From an uncultured Selenomonadales bacterium (lineage in GTDB: Bacteria > Bacillota > Negativicutes > Selenomonadales > Selenomonadaceae): a stretch of 64,000 nucleotides of DNA. The stretch spans positions 4,077 to 68,076 of the forward strand of contig CAMJQS010000001.1 of the NCBI GenBank assembly GCA_946408105.1. The letters are read 5' to 3'. The translations under genes and the position numbers were made by a program. The notes under the pieces were generated by a model. The model made no database searches. It was not told where the DNA came from and saw only the letters and a program-made list of their open reading frames with translations. Positions 26,423-36,352 of this stretch are shown one piece after another. Numbering within the stretch: the stretch's first letter is position 1; each line of letters opens with the position of its first letter.

Positions 26423-27852
<1,430 letters not shown>

Positions 27853-27866
<14 letters not shown>

Positions 27867-28422
27867 AGCGCGGAAAAAAATTTTGCGTCGAGAATTTTTG
27901 CTCAAGCGTGCGGCGGTTCCTCACGACGAGCGCGACCGAATTTCTCACGCGCTGATAAAAAAATTTTTGGCGACGGAAATTTTTTGCGCGTCAAAAATTA
28001 TCATGGCGTACGCTTCGACGCCCGACGAACTTCAGCTGGAAAAATTTTTCGCCGCGTGCTTCGCCGAAGAAAAAATTTTGGCGATACCGTTCATCGTCGG
28101 CAAAGGCGAAATGCAAGCCGTGCAAGTTCCGAACTTCGACGCGCTGGAGGTCGGAGCGTTTAATATTTTGACAGTCAAGCCCGCGCACAGAAAATTTATT
28201 GCGCCGACGGAAATTGATTGCGTGATTGTTCCGGGCGCGGCCTTCGACGTGAGCGGCGGGCGATTGGGTTTGGGCGGCGGCTACTACGACAGATTTTTGC
28301 CGCTTGCCGTCAACGCAAAAAAAATCGCGCTCGCTTATGACTTTCAGCTCGTCGAAAGTTTGCCGCTTGAGCCGCACGACGCGAAAATCGATTTTGTTTT
28401 TTCGATTGAAGGGAGAATTTAA
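27853..28422 (+). CDS. 5-formyltetrahydrofolate cyclo-ligase
   Basis: ARKKILRREFLLKRAAV...VIVPGAAFDVSGGRLGLGGGYYDRFL; internal ATG, 14-nt overlap with yajC. Confidence 0.8.
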
Positions 28423-28423
28423 A

Positions 28424-29131
28424 ATGAAGTTCACAAAAATTTTTGTCGGCGCGTTGCTTGCGTTGGTTTTGTTCGTGACGCCCGCCGCCGCTCAAAAATC
28501 TGTCGCGCCCGATGACCCGTCGGGCTTCGTTGTTTTGGGCGAATTCATTCCCGACATTATCCAAGAGATTCGCTACTACTCGACTTATAATTTCGTCGGC
28601 GACAGGATTGACGGCTACGAAATGCCCTGCGCGCTCATGACACGCGAGGCCGCCGAGGCTTTGAAAAAAGTTTCCGACGACGTGATGAAGTTGGGCTATC
28701 GTCTAAAAGTTTACGACGCCTATCGTCCGCAAATGGCGGTTAATCATTTCGTGCGCTGGGCGAAGGACACAAAAGACGTTCGCATGAAAAAATATTTTTA
28801 TCCCGAAATCGGCAAGGAGCGTCTCTTTCCCGAAGATTACATCATGGAAAAATCCGGGCACTCGCGCGGCTCGACGATTGACTTGACGCTCTTCGACATG
28901 AAGACCGGCAAGGAAGTCGACATGGGCGGCACGTTCGATTACTTCGGCGAGCTGTCTCATCCCGACTACAAAAAAATTACAAAGCAACAATTCAAAAACA
29001 GAATGATTCTTCGCGACGCGATGGTTAAGCACGGCTTCAAGCCGCTTTACTCGGAGTGGTGGCACTTCACGCTGGAGAACGAGCCGTATCCCGACACGTA
29101 TTTTACTTTCCCCGTCAACGCGCTGAAATAA
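28424..29131 (+). CDS. D-alanyl-D-alanine dipeptidase (VanX/DdpX, peptidase M15D), secreted
   Basis: Signal peptide, EIRYYSTYNFVG...VYDAYRP...SGHSRGSTIDLTL...EWWHFTL. Confidence 0.85.
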   Translation: MKFTKIFVGALLALVLFVTPAAAQKSVAPDDPSGFVVLGEFIPDIIQEIRYYSTYNFVGDRIDGYEMPCALMTREAAEALKKVSDDVMKLGYRLKVYDAYRPQMAVNHFVRWAKDTKDVRMKKYFYPEIGKERLFPEDYIMEKSGHSRGSTIDLTLFDMKTGKEVDMGGTFDYFGELSHPDYKKITKQQFKNRMILRDAMVKHGFKPLYSEWWHFTLENEPYPDTYFTFPVNALK

Positions 29132-29162
29132 AAAAGTCCCGCGCCTTGCGAGACCGTGAAGT

Positions 29163-29522
29163 TTAATTTTTCTTTGCAAAAAGTTTTTCGTAGTTTTCAA
29201 TTTTGTAATCGAGCCGCTCAATCGTCGAACGCAAATGTTCTTCCTGCTTTTGGAGACGCGCCCGTTGCTCGATTAAAATATTTTTCCGACGCTCCACTCC
29301 GGTATTCGCTTGCAAGAGCGTGACGTATTCAATCAACGCTTCGATTTGAACGCCCGCGCTCCTCATGCATTTGACGAACGACACCCAACGGCAAGCCTCT
29401 TCGTCAAAGTTGCGAATGCCGTTTTTGTTGCGCGGCACCGGCGGAATCAATCCGATTCGTTCGTAGTATCTGAGCGTGTCCGCCGTTATCTCGTATTTTT
29501 CGCTGACTTCGCCAATCGTCAT
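29163..29522 (-). CDS. MerR-family regulator, AdhR-like (conserved Cys in KCMR)
   Basis: MTIGEVSEKYEITADTLRYYERIGLIPPVPRNKNGIRNFDEEACRWVSFVKCMRSAGVQIEALIEY; RBS GGAGTG. Confidence 0.85.
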   Translation of the reverse strand: MTIGEVSEKYEITADTLRYYERIGLIPPVPRNKNGIRNFDEEACRWVSFVKCMRSAGVQIEALIEYVTLLQANTGVERRKNILIEQRARLQKQEEHLRSTIERLDYKIENYEKLFAKKN

Positions 29523-29555
29523 AAACATCACTCCGAACAAAAAATTTCCACTGCA

Positions 29556-29586
29556 AGTTTATCAGCTTAAGCCCGCTTTAAGTCAA
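29556..29586 (-). promoter_or_regulatory. MerR-type promoter with 19-bp spacer and dyad
   Basis: Minus strand TTGACT - 19 nt (TAAAGCGGGCTTAAGCTGA) - TAAACT, 27 nt upstream of the merR-like ATG. Confidence 0.55.
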
Positions 29587-29596
29587 GTTCAAATTG

Positions 29597-29707
29597 TTTG
29601 GAAAAAATCTTGCCGCTTTAAAAGCGGCGGAACAGCGGACGCGTTTAACGTTAAAAAATTTTTAGCCGCTCGCCGCGCTCAAACGTTTTGGAAAAAATCT
29701 TGCCGCT
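29597..29707. repeat. Gene-boundary cassette D: 69-bp insert (29618..29686) flanked by perfect 21-bp direct repeats (29597..29617 and 29687..29707)
   Basis: Both copies read tttggaaaaaatcttgccgct; right copy encodes ...RQDFFQ of the nif3-like gene. Confidence 0.9.
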
Positions 29708-30467
29708 CGTCGTCTTCAAAAATTTTTACGTCAAAAGTTTTCAGCTCGTCTCTAAGATATTCGGCAAGCTCGTGAACAATCGGAAACTCCGTGGCGAAGT
29801 GCCCCGCGTCCACGACGTGAATTTCATTTTCGACGGCCGCTTGAGCCTCGTGATATTTTACGTCGCCCGTGACGAACGCCTGCGCTCCGAAAAATTTTGC
29901 GCGCTGAATAAAATCTGCGCCCGCGCCGCCGCACACGCCGACCTTGCCGATTAAAAAATTTCCCGCGTCGACCAGGCGGACGCTTTTGGCGTTCAAAGAT
30001 TTTTTCACGTGGCGGGCAAAATCTTCGGCGGTCATCGGCGTCTCCAAAGTTCCGAGGCGTGCCATCGAAAATTCTTCGTCGCCAAAATTTTTTACGTCGA
30101 CGAGCCCGATTTTTTTTGCAAGCACGTCGTTGACGCCGCCTTGAGCCGTGTCCAAATTCGTGTGCGCCGCGAAGACCGCCAAATTATTTTTTATCAGCCG
30201 CGAAATTTTTTTTCCGAGCGGCAAGTCGAAGCGGACATTTTTTATCGCGTGGAAAATCAGCGGGTGATGCGCGACGATTAGTTGTGCGTCGAGCTCAATC
30301 GCCTTTGAAATTTTTTCGTCGAGTACGTCGAGGCAGACGAAAATTTTTTTTACTTCGGCCGCCGGGTCGCCGAGCAAAAGTCCGGGGTTGTCCCAGTCTT
30401 CGGCAAGTTTTTTCGGAGCCAAACGGTTAATCGCGTCGGCAACAATTTGAACGGTGCATTTCTTCAT
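29679..30467 (-). CDS. Nif3-family dinuclear-metal protein (YbgI/YqfO-like)
   Basis: IADAINRLAPKKLAEDWDNPGLLLGD...LIVAHHPLIF...GHFATE. Confidence 0.85.
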   Translation of the reverse strand: MKKCTVQIVADAINRLAPKKLAEDWDNPGLLLGDPAAEVKKIFVCLDVLDEKISKAIELDAQLIVAHHPLIFHAIKNVRFDLPLGKKISRLIKNNLAVFAAHTNLDTAQGGVNDVLAKKIGLVDVKNFGDEEFSMARLGTLETPMTAEDFARHVKKSLNAKSVRLVDAGNFLIGKVGVCGGAGADFIQRAKFFGAQAFVTGDVKYHEAQAAVENEIHVVDAGHFATEFPIVHELAEYLRDELKTFDVKIFEDDERQDFFQNV

Positions 30468-31228
30468 AAAGTTTCCTCCAAAAATTTAAGCACGTCGTCG
30501 AAATTTTTTGCGAGCTGCGGATAAAAAATTTTCGGGCGGTCAATCATGACGACGGGCAAGTTTAAAATTTTCGCCGCCTCAAGTTTCGTATCCGCGCCGC
30601 CGATTTGCCCGCTGTTTTTCGTGACGACGACTTCGGCCTGTGCGTGTTTGAAAAGTTCGGCGTTGAGTTCGGTCGAGAAGGGTCCTTGCATGGCGACAAT
30701 TTGTTTCGGCAACAAGCCCAAAGCTTCGCACTGACTTAAAACGTCGGCGGTCGGCAAAACGCGCGCGGTCAAGTTGCAACCTTTGAGCAGGTCGACAAAA
30801 ATTTTCAAGCTGCGGCTGCCCGTCGTGAGATAAATATTTTTTCCGAGCTGCGACGCTTTGAGCGCGGCCGCCTCGTAGCTTTCGACGCGGAAAATTTTTT
30901 CGTAGTCAAAAATAATTTCCGCGCGTTCGTAGCGGACGTAAAAAATTTTTGCGGCTTGGGCGGCGGCGATTGCGTTGGCGGAAATATTTTTTGCGTAAGG
31001 GTGGCTGGCGTCGACGAGGAAATTAAATTTTTCTTCGCGCAAAATTTTTTCCAACTCGTCGCGGTCGAGCGGCTTGTCGTTAATCTTGACGGCCGCGCAA
31101 CTCTCCAAAAGTTTTCGTCCGTAATCGCTGACGACAGAGGCCGTCACGTCGAAATTTTTTCCCGACAAAAATTCTGCGAGCCGGCGTCCGTCTTCCGTTC
31201 CCGCGATTAAAAAAATTTTTTTGTTCAT
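30464..31228 (-). CDS. cbiJ: (Cobalt-)precorrin-6A reductase
   Basis: MNKKIFLIAGTEDGRRLAEFL..., 254 aa, ...VVVTKNSGQIGGADTKLEAAKILNLPVVMIDRP. Confidence 0.8.
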   Translation of the reverse strand: MNKKIFLIAGTEDGRRLAEFLSGKNFDVTASVVSDYGRKLLESCAAVKINDKPLDRDELEKILREEKFNFLVDASHPYAKNISANAIAAAQAAKIFYVRYERAEIIFDYEKIFRVESYEAAALKASQLGKNIYLTTGSRSLKIFVDLLKGCNLTARVLPTADVLSQCEALGLLPKQIVAMQGPFSTELNAELFKHAQAEVVVTKNSGQIGGADTKLEAAKILNLPVVMIDRPKIFYPQLAKNFDDVLKFLEETL

Positions 31229-31323
31229 GATAACTCCGAGCGCGGTGAGCGACCGAAAAATTTTTTCGACTCAAGCGCGACCATTGGATGCAACGTCACG
31301 TTGCAAAAATTTTTTTGTTCATG
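31211..31323. repeat. Gene-boundary cassette C: 75-bp insert (31230..31304) flanked by perfect 19-bp direct repeats (31211..31229 and 31305..31323)
   Basis: Both copies read aaaaatttttttgttcatg (reverse complement of the cbiJ start ATGAACAAAAAAATTTTT); insert ends in GCAACGTCACGTTGC (31290..31304). Confidence 0.9.
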
Positions 31324-31412
31324 CGGGCAATTTTAATTCGGCAGAAAAAATTTTTCAAGCGGCGATTTTTTTTTGCGTTTATAGTATAATCGTCGCGGAA
31401 AGGATGAACGCC

Positions 31413-31856
31413 ATGAAAATTTTAGCAAGACAACTGACTTTGGATTTGTACAACTGCGACACGAACCGTCTCGGCAACGTCGACGAGATAAAAAATATTT
31501 TGAGCGGCGTGGTCGGCAGCGAGCCGCGTTTGACTTCCGATTTTATCGACGCGAATCACTGTTCGATTATCGGCGCGTTCGCCGAAGGCCACATCGCCCT
31601 GCACGTCTACAAAGAGCTGCGATACGTTGCGGCGGATATTTTTACTTGCGTCGACTCCGAAGACTCGGAAGAACTTGCGAAGGCGATTAGAAAATTTTTC
31701 CGCCCCGACAAAATCAAATCGACTTTCCTCAAGCGCGGCGACTTCGGACTTGAGCGCGAGATAAAACCAAAAATAAAAGTTCGCGTCGCTCCTCTTCGCA
31801 AAGTGAAAAACGCGGGCGCGAAGGTCGTAAAAAAATTGGTGCGGAGGGGCAAGTAA
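31413..31856 (+). CDS. S-adenosylmethionine-decarboxylase-like protein (SpeD/SpeH family) lacking the self-cleavage serine
   Basis: LDLYNCDTNRL...IIGAFAEGHIALHVYKELRYVAADIFTC resembles ...LAESHISIHTWPE...DIFTCG; basic C-terminal tail. Confidence 0.6.
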   Translation: MKILARQLTLDLYNCDTNRLGNVDEIKNILSGVVGSEPRLTSDFIDANHCSIIGAFAEGHIALHVYKELRYVAADIFTCVDSEDSEELAKAIRKFFRPDKIKSTFLKRGDFGLEREIKPKIKVRVAPLRKVKNAGAKVVKKLVRRGK

Positions 31857-33890
31857 ATGACTTTTACTCACGCGGCGAACCTTTATCGTTCCGTCGGCAA
31901 ATCCAAAAAGTGCACGTTTATTTTTTGTTCAGACCACGGCGTCGCCAAAGAAAATGTCAGCGCATACCCGCAGGCCACGACAGCCGACATGGTTAAAAAT
32001 TATTTGGTCGACGGTGGAGCCGCCGCCAACGCTTTTGCGAAGTTCGCTTACTCCGAGCTTTACGTCGTGGACGTGGGCGTCGACGCGGACGTTTCAAATT
32101 TGCCCGGGCTCGTCGACAGAAAAATTTCGCGCGGCACGAAAAATATTTCCGAAGAACCCGCCATGACTTTTGAACAGGCAATGCAATCCGTTCGCGTCGG
32201 AAAAAAATTGGCGGAAGAAGCAATCGACGCGGGTTGCAACTGTTTTCTTATCGGCGAAATGGGAATCGGCAACACGACGACCGCCGCCGCAATGACCGCC
32301 GCTTATCTGAACTTGTCGCCCGAAGAAGTCACGGGGCGCGGCTCGAATGTCGACGACGAAAAATTTTTGCACAAGATTGAAATCGTTCGACGCGCTCTCG
32401 TACGCAACGGCCCCAATCGAAACAGTTTGCTCGACGTGCTCACGAAGGTCGGCGGCTACGAATTCGGAGCAATGGCAGGCGTGATTATCGCGGCTTATCA
32501 TCACGGCTGCGTTGTCATTCTCGACGGATTCAACACGGCGGTTGCCGCGCTCGTCGCCGAAGAAATTTTGCCGCAATCGATTGACTGCCTCATTGCCTCT
32601 CACGTCGGCCGCGAAGTCGGACACAAAAAAATTTTGGATTACCTCGACTTGCAACCGATTTTTAATCTTGACCTTGCGTTGGGCGAAGCTGTCGGTTCGT
32701 CAATCGCCGCGCGCGTCTTGGACAATCTGGTTTACATTTTTGTTTGCCCGCCCGACGCCGATTTTGAAGGCGACCTTTTCCAAGAGGACAGAGCGTTGGA
32801 AAATTTTAAAAAGCAGCTCGGCTTGGACGGCGTGGAAGGCCTCGACACGATTGAAGACGTTCAAGAATTTTTGGGCGACGAAATTCAGATTGAAGAAATT
32901 CCGCTCGACTTCCACGTCAGCGAACACCGTATGGAAAGCGTCGAAGTTCCCTTCAGCACGCACACTTCAAACATCCCGCGCGCCTACCCGATGAACGTCC
33001 GCATTATGGGCGAAGACAAAGAAGAACTTATCGCCGCGACGGACAGAACTTTTAATTTTTATTTGCAGACGATGCCGCGCCTCCACGACCGCCCGATGAA
33101 TAATTGCCGCGAACTTTTGGACAGCCTGACCAAACCCAAACGCAGTCTCGGTTACCTGGAGGAAATCGCCGTGCAAGTCGCGGGCATTGCCAACGAAGAC
33201 TGCCCGACGAATAAACTTCGACACGCCGCGTTGGCTTTTGCAAACTTTGAAAATTGTCCGTCGCTCGTCGACCCCGAACACTACGACCGCACAGCAGAGG
33301 GCGCACGCCGCGATTTGTCCACGGACTTCAGCGCGACGGTTCGCACGTTCGGCATGAAAGTTTTTTTGGGCGTCGTCGACCCCGAAGAAAATATTAACGT
33401 CGCGTTCAATTACGGGCGCAACATTGCCGAGGAAATTACTTTCGACACGCCGATACTTGCCGTCACGGATTTGGGGCATCTTTTGGAAGACAAGCTCGCC
33501 GAAAAATTTTCCGAAGCTCTGTTGACGGAAGACGGCGAATTAAAATTTCCGCCCGAAGAATTTTTGCGCCACGTCCCGAAAGATTGTCGGTGCATGGCGG
33601 GCGCGATTATCGGCGCGTTGGTGGCCGCCGCCCACAACTCAACTTTAATCGTCGTCGACACCGGCGCGATTGAAATCATCACGCGCTACTTGGAAAAAAT
33701 TTGTCCCGAAATTCGCCCGTTCATTCTCCATTCCGCCGCGCTGATTAAATACAAAAACGAAGACGGCACTCCACTCGGCCTGGACGGCGAGGCGGCTTGT
33801 ATCGGCGTCGAGATTGTCGAGGCGGCGTTGATTGCTTTGAACGAGATGAAAACTTTCGACGAGACGGGCGTGAAGAAAGCGATAAGATGA
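31857..33890 (+). CDS. cobT: Fused double CobT-like protein (nicotinate-nucleotide:base phosphoribosyltransferase family, ArsAB-like)
   Basis: First half: FCSDHGV, GEMGIGNTTTAAAM, VILDGFNTAVAAL, LALGEAVGSS. Second half: LTKPKRSLGYLEEIAVQVAGI ... LGLDGEAACIG ... NEMKTF. Confidence 0.7.
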   Translation: MTFTHAANLYRSVGKSKKCTFIFCSDHGVAKENVSAYPQATTADMVKNYLVDGGAAANAFAKFAYSELYVVDVGVDADVSNLPGLVDRKISRGTKNISEEPAMTFEQAMQSVRVGKKLAEEAIDAGCNCFLIGEMGIGNTTTAAAMTAAYLNLSPEEVTGRGSNVDDEKFLHKIEIVRRALVRNGPNRNSLLDVLTKVGGYEFGAMAGVIIAAYHHGCVVILDGFNTAVAALVAEEILPQSIDCLIASHVGREVGHKKILDYLDLQPIFNLDLALGEAVGSSIAARVLDNLVYIFVCPPDADFEGDLFQEDRALENFKKQLGLDGVEGLDTIEDVQEFLGDEIQIEEIPLDFHVSEHRMESVEVPFSTHTSNIPRAYPMNVRIMGEDKEELIAATDRTFNFYLQTMPRLHDRPMNNCRELLDSLTKPKRSLGYLEEIAVQVAGIANEDCPTNKLRHAALAFANFENCPSLVDPEHYDRTAEGARRDLSTDFSATVRTFGMKVFLGVVDPEENINVAFNYGRNIAEEITFDTPILAVTDLGHLLEDKLAEKFSEALLTEDGELKFPPEEFLRHVPKDCRCMAGAIIGALVAAAHNSTLIVVDTGAIEIITRYLEKICPEIRPFILHSAALIKYKNEDGTPLGLDGEAACIGVEIVEAALIALNEMKTFDETGVKKAIR

Positions 33891-35338
33891 ATCGATTGGA
33901 GCAACGTTTGGAAAATTTCGGCGCGGAAAAAATTTTCGTCGCGATATTTTTTTTCTTCGGCGTGATGATTTTGTTCATGCGCCCGCCCTTTCAGCTCATG
34001 GACGAGATAAATCATTTCCCGCGCGCCTGGCAAATCTCGGAGGGAATTTTTTTGAGCCCGACGATGACCATCAGAGAATTTGAAGGCGGCGGAGACTTTC
34101 AATCCAAAAAAATTTTCGACTTGAACAGAGCACCCGCCGACGCTTGGGACGACAAAATTTATATCGCGGAAGTGCCAGTGTCCTTCTTGCCCGACGCTTT
34201 TATCGTTGACGCGAATCACAGACATTACGTCCACGCCTTCGCGGCCGACGACGTGAAAAAATTTTTATCGACGCCGCTCGACGCTGACGAACGCGAACCG
34301 GTTTTGATTCCGAACACGGGCGTTTATTCTCCGCTGACGTATTTTCCGCAAGCAGTCGTCGCGTTCCTCGGACGAGCTTTGAACTTGGACGCGGGAAAAA
34401 TTTTTTATCTCATGGGCTTGGGCGGATTAATTTTCGTGGCGGCGTGCGTCTTCCTGTCGATGAAATTTTTGCCCGAAGCCAAGCAGTTAATTTTTTTGTC
34501 GGCAATGCTGCCGATGTTTTTGGTCGAGGCGGCGTCAACTTCTGCGGACGCGGTGACTTTCGGCGTGTGCTTTTTGGGAACGGCGTGGCTTTTGTCGTTG
34601 CGGCGTTCGACGGAAAAATTTTCGCGCGCAGAAATTTTCGGGCTGATAATTTTATCAATCATGCTGGCGTGCGCGAAGTCAGTTTACGGAACGATTTTGC
34701 TTTTGTATTTTTTGATTCCGCGTGAACGTTTCAAAAATTTTTGGACACTCGGCGCGGCGATTTTGTTTTTGAATTTGTTCGTGTCCGCAGCGTGGAGTTG
34801 GCTGTCGATAAAATTTTTGGGAGTCGAACTCTACACGAATTATCATTTGGGCTTCACGGAGACGAACGCGGCCGCGCAAAAAATTTTCCTCGCGGAGCAC
34901 CCGACAAAATTTTTCGTGGCGATGATAAATTCGTTCGTCGAGATGCCCGAATGGTATTGGATGAATTTTATCGGTTCGTGGGGCTTCCTGTGGAACGTGA
35001 CCTTGCCGATGATGTTTTACGTTTTGTATTCGATACTTCTAATTTTTTTTGCGCTGACGAACGAATTAAATTTCAAGCTCGGCGAACGCGGACTTTTAAT
35101 TTTCGCGGCGGCCGTCTCGACGCTCGGATTTTTTTTCGTACATTATCTCAAGTGGTCACCCGTTGGTGGAGAATTTGTTATCGGCGTGCAAGGAAGATAT
35201 TTTGTCCCGCTCGCCCCGATGATTTTTTTCGCGCTGACATTTTTGCCGCCGATGAGACACAAAAATTTAATCGCGACGGCGGCGGGCGTCTTCAGCGGCG
35301 CGACGATGTTGCTTGCAAATTTTTTTGCGTTCTATTGA
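33887..35338 (+). CDS. Polytopic membrane protein, DUF2142-like (tentative)
   Basis: 483 aa, many TM segments, N-terminal ...MRPPFQLMDEINHFPRAWQISEG; ATGA overlap with upstream gene. Confidence 0.6.
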   Translation: MNRLEQRLENFGAEKIFVAIFFFFGVMILFMRPPFQLMDEINHFPRAWQISEGIFLSPTMTIREFEGGGDFQSKKIFDLNRAPADAWDDKIYIAEVPVSFLPDAFIVDANHRHYVHAFAADDVKKFLSTPLDADEREPVLIPNTGVYSPLTYFPQAVVAFLGRALNLDAGKIFYLMGLGGLIFVAACVFLSMKFLPEAKQLIFLSAMLPMFLVEAASTSADAVTFGVCFLGTAWLLSLRRSTEKFSRAEIFGLIILSIMLACAKSVYGTILLLYFLIPRERFKNFWTLGAAILFLNLFVSAAWSWLSIKFLGVELYTNYHLGFTETNAAAQKIFLAEHPTKFFVAMINSFVEMPEWYWMNFIGSWGFLWNVTLPMMFYVLYSILLIFFALTNELNFKLGERGLLIFAAAVSTLGFFFVHYLKWSPVGGEFVIGVQGRYFVPLAPMIFFALTFLPPMRHKNLIATAAGVFSGATMLLANFFAFY

Positions 35339-35386
35339 ATAATTTTTTTCGGCAGTGTATAAATTAAACTCAAGGAGGTTTTTGAA

Positions 35387-36352
35387 ATGAAAATTGTTGT
35401 GCTGGACGGCTACACTCTCAACCCCGGTGACTTGAGCTGGGACGCGCTGAAAACTTTGGGCGACTGCAAAATTTTTGACCGCACGAGCCTGACTGACGAC
35501 GCGGAAATTATTTCTCGAATCGGCGACGCGGAAATTGTCATCACGAACAAGACGCCGCTCACGAAAAAAATTCTCGACGCTTGCAACATAAAATATATCG
35601 GCGTGCTTGCCACGGGCTACAACGTCGTGGACGTTGCGGCCGCCAAAGAAAAAAATATTCCCGTCACGAACATTCCCACTTACGGCACGCAATCGGTTGC
35701 GCAATTTGCTTTTGCTTTGCTCTTGGAAATTTGTCATCACGTCGCTCATCACAGCCGCGCCGTTCACGAAGGCCGCTGGGAAAGTTGCGAAGACTTTTGC
35801 TTCTGGGATTATCCGCTGATTGAACTTGCCGGCAAGACCATGGGCATTATCGGCTACGGAAGAATCGGTCAGGCCACGGGCAAGCTTGCGGCGGCGTTCG
35901 GCATGAAAGTTATCGCGTTCGACGCAATGCGCGAAGTCGGCACGAAGCTCGGCGATTGTTCCTTCGTTGCGCTCGATGAACTTTTTAAAACTTCGGACGT
36001 TATCGCTTTGCATTGTCCGCTGTTCCCCTCGACGCAAGGAATCATCTGCAAAGAAAATATCGCCAAGATGAAAGACGGCGTTATAATTTTGAACAACAGC
36101 CGCGGCGGCCTCGTCGTCGAAGAAGATTTGCGCGCGGCTCTCGACAGCGGAAAAGTTTTGGCGGCGGGCGTCGACGTGGTGTCGACCGAACCGATTAAAG
36201 GCGACAATCCTCTGCTCGGCGCGAAAAATTGTTTCATCACTCCGCACATCAGCTGGGCACCGAAAGAATCGCGCGCGCGGCTCATGAACATTGCCGCAGA
36301 AAATCTCAAGGCGTGGCTCGCGGGCAAGCCCGTCAACGTCGTCAACAAATGA
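35387..36352 (+). CDS. D-2-hydroxyacid (glycerate) dehydrogenase
   Basis: MGIIGYGRIGQATGKLAAAFGMKVIAFD, ...ILNNSRGGLVVEEDLRAALDSGKVLAAGVDV...TPHISWA. Confidence 0.85.
   Translation: MKIVVLDGYTLNPGDLSWDALKTLGDCKIFDRTSLTDDAEIISRIGDAEIVITNKTPLTKKILDACNIKYIGVLATGYNVVDVAAAKEKNIPVTNIPTYGTQSVAQFAFALLLEICHHVAHHSRAVHEGRWESCEDFCFWDYPLIELAGKTMGIIGYGRIGQATGKLAAAFGMKVIAFDAMREVGTKLGDCSFVALDELFKTSDVIALHCPLFPSTQGIICKENIAKMKDGVIILNNSRGGLVVEEDLRAALDSGKVLAAGVDVVSTEPIKGDNPLLGAKNCFITPHISWAPKESRARLMNIAAENLKAWLAGKPVNVVNK

Noticed and set aside
31229-31412. Cobalamin riboswitch upstream of the speD-like/cobT operon
   Set aside because: The region is only ~180 nt, is mostly occupied by cassette C, and contains no B12-box-like GCCACTG core.
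35267-36247. 326-aa minus-strand ORF; likewise 57136..57996 and 59644..60663
   Set aside because: They lie antisense to well-supported genes (hydroxyacid dehydrogenase, GntP permease, SBP lipoprotein), and their translations are repetitive and Arg/Phe-rich.
36229-36348. N-terminal extensions given by the ORF track for many genes (for example 36229, 33797, 31221, 25334, 21631, 20100, 8091, 13326, 14314, 49002)
   Set aside because: The extensions overlap the preceding gene, are Arg-rich or lack an RBS. Internal starts with clear RBSs and homologous N-termini were used instead.
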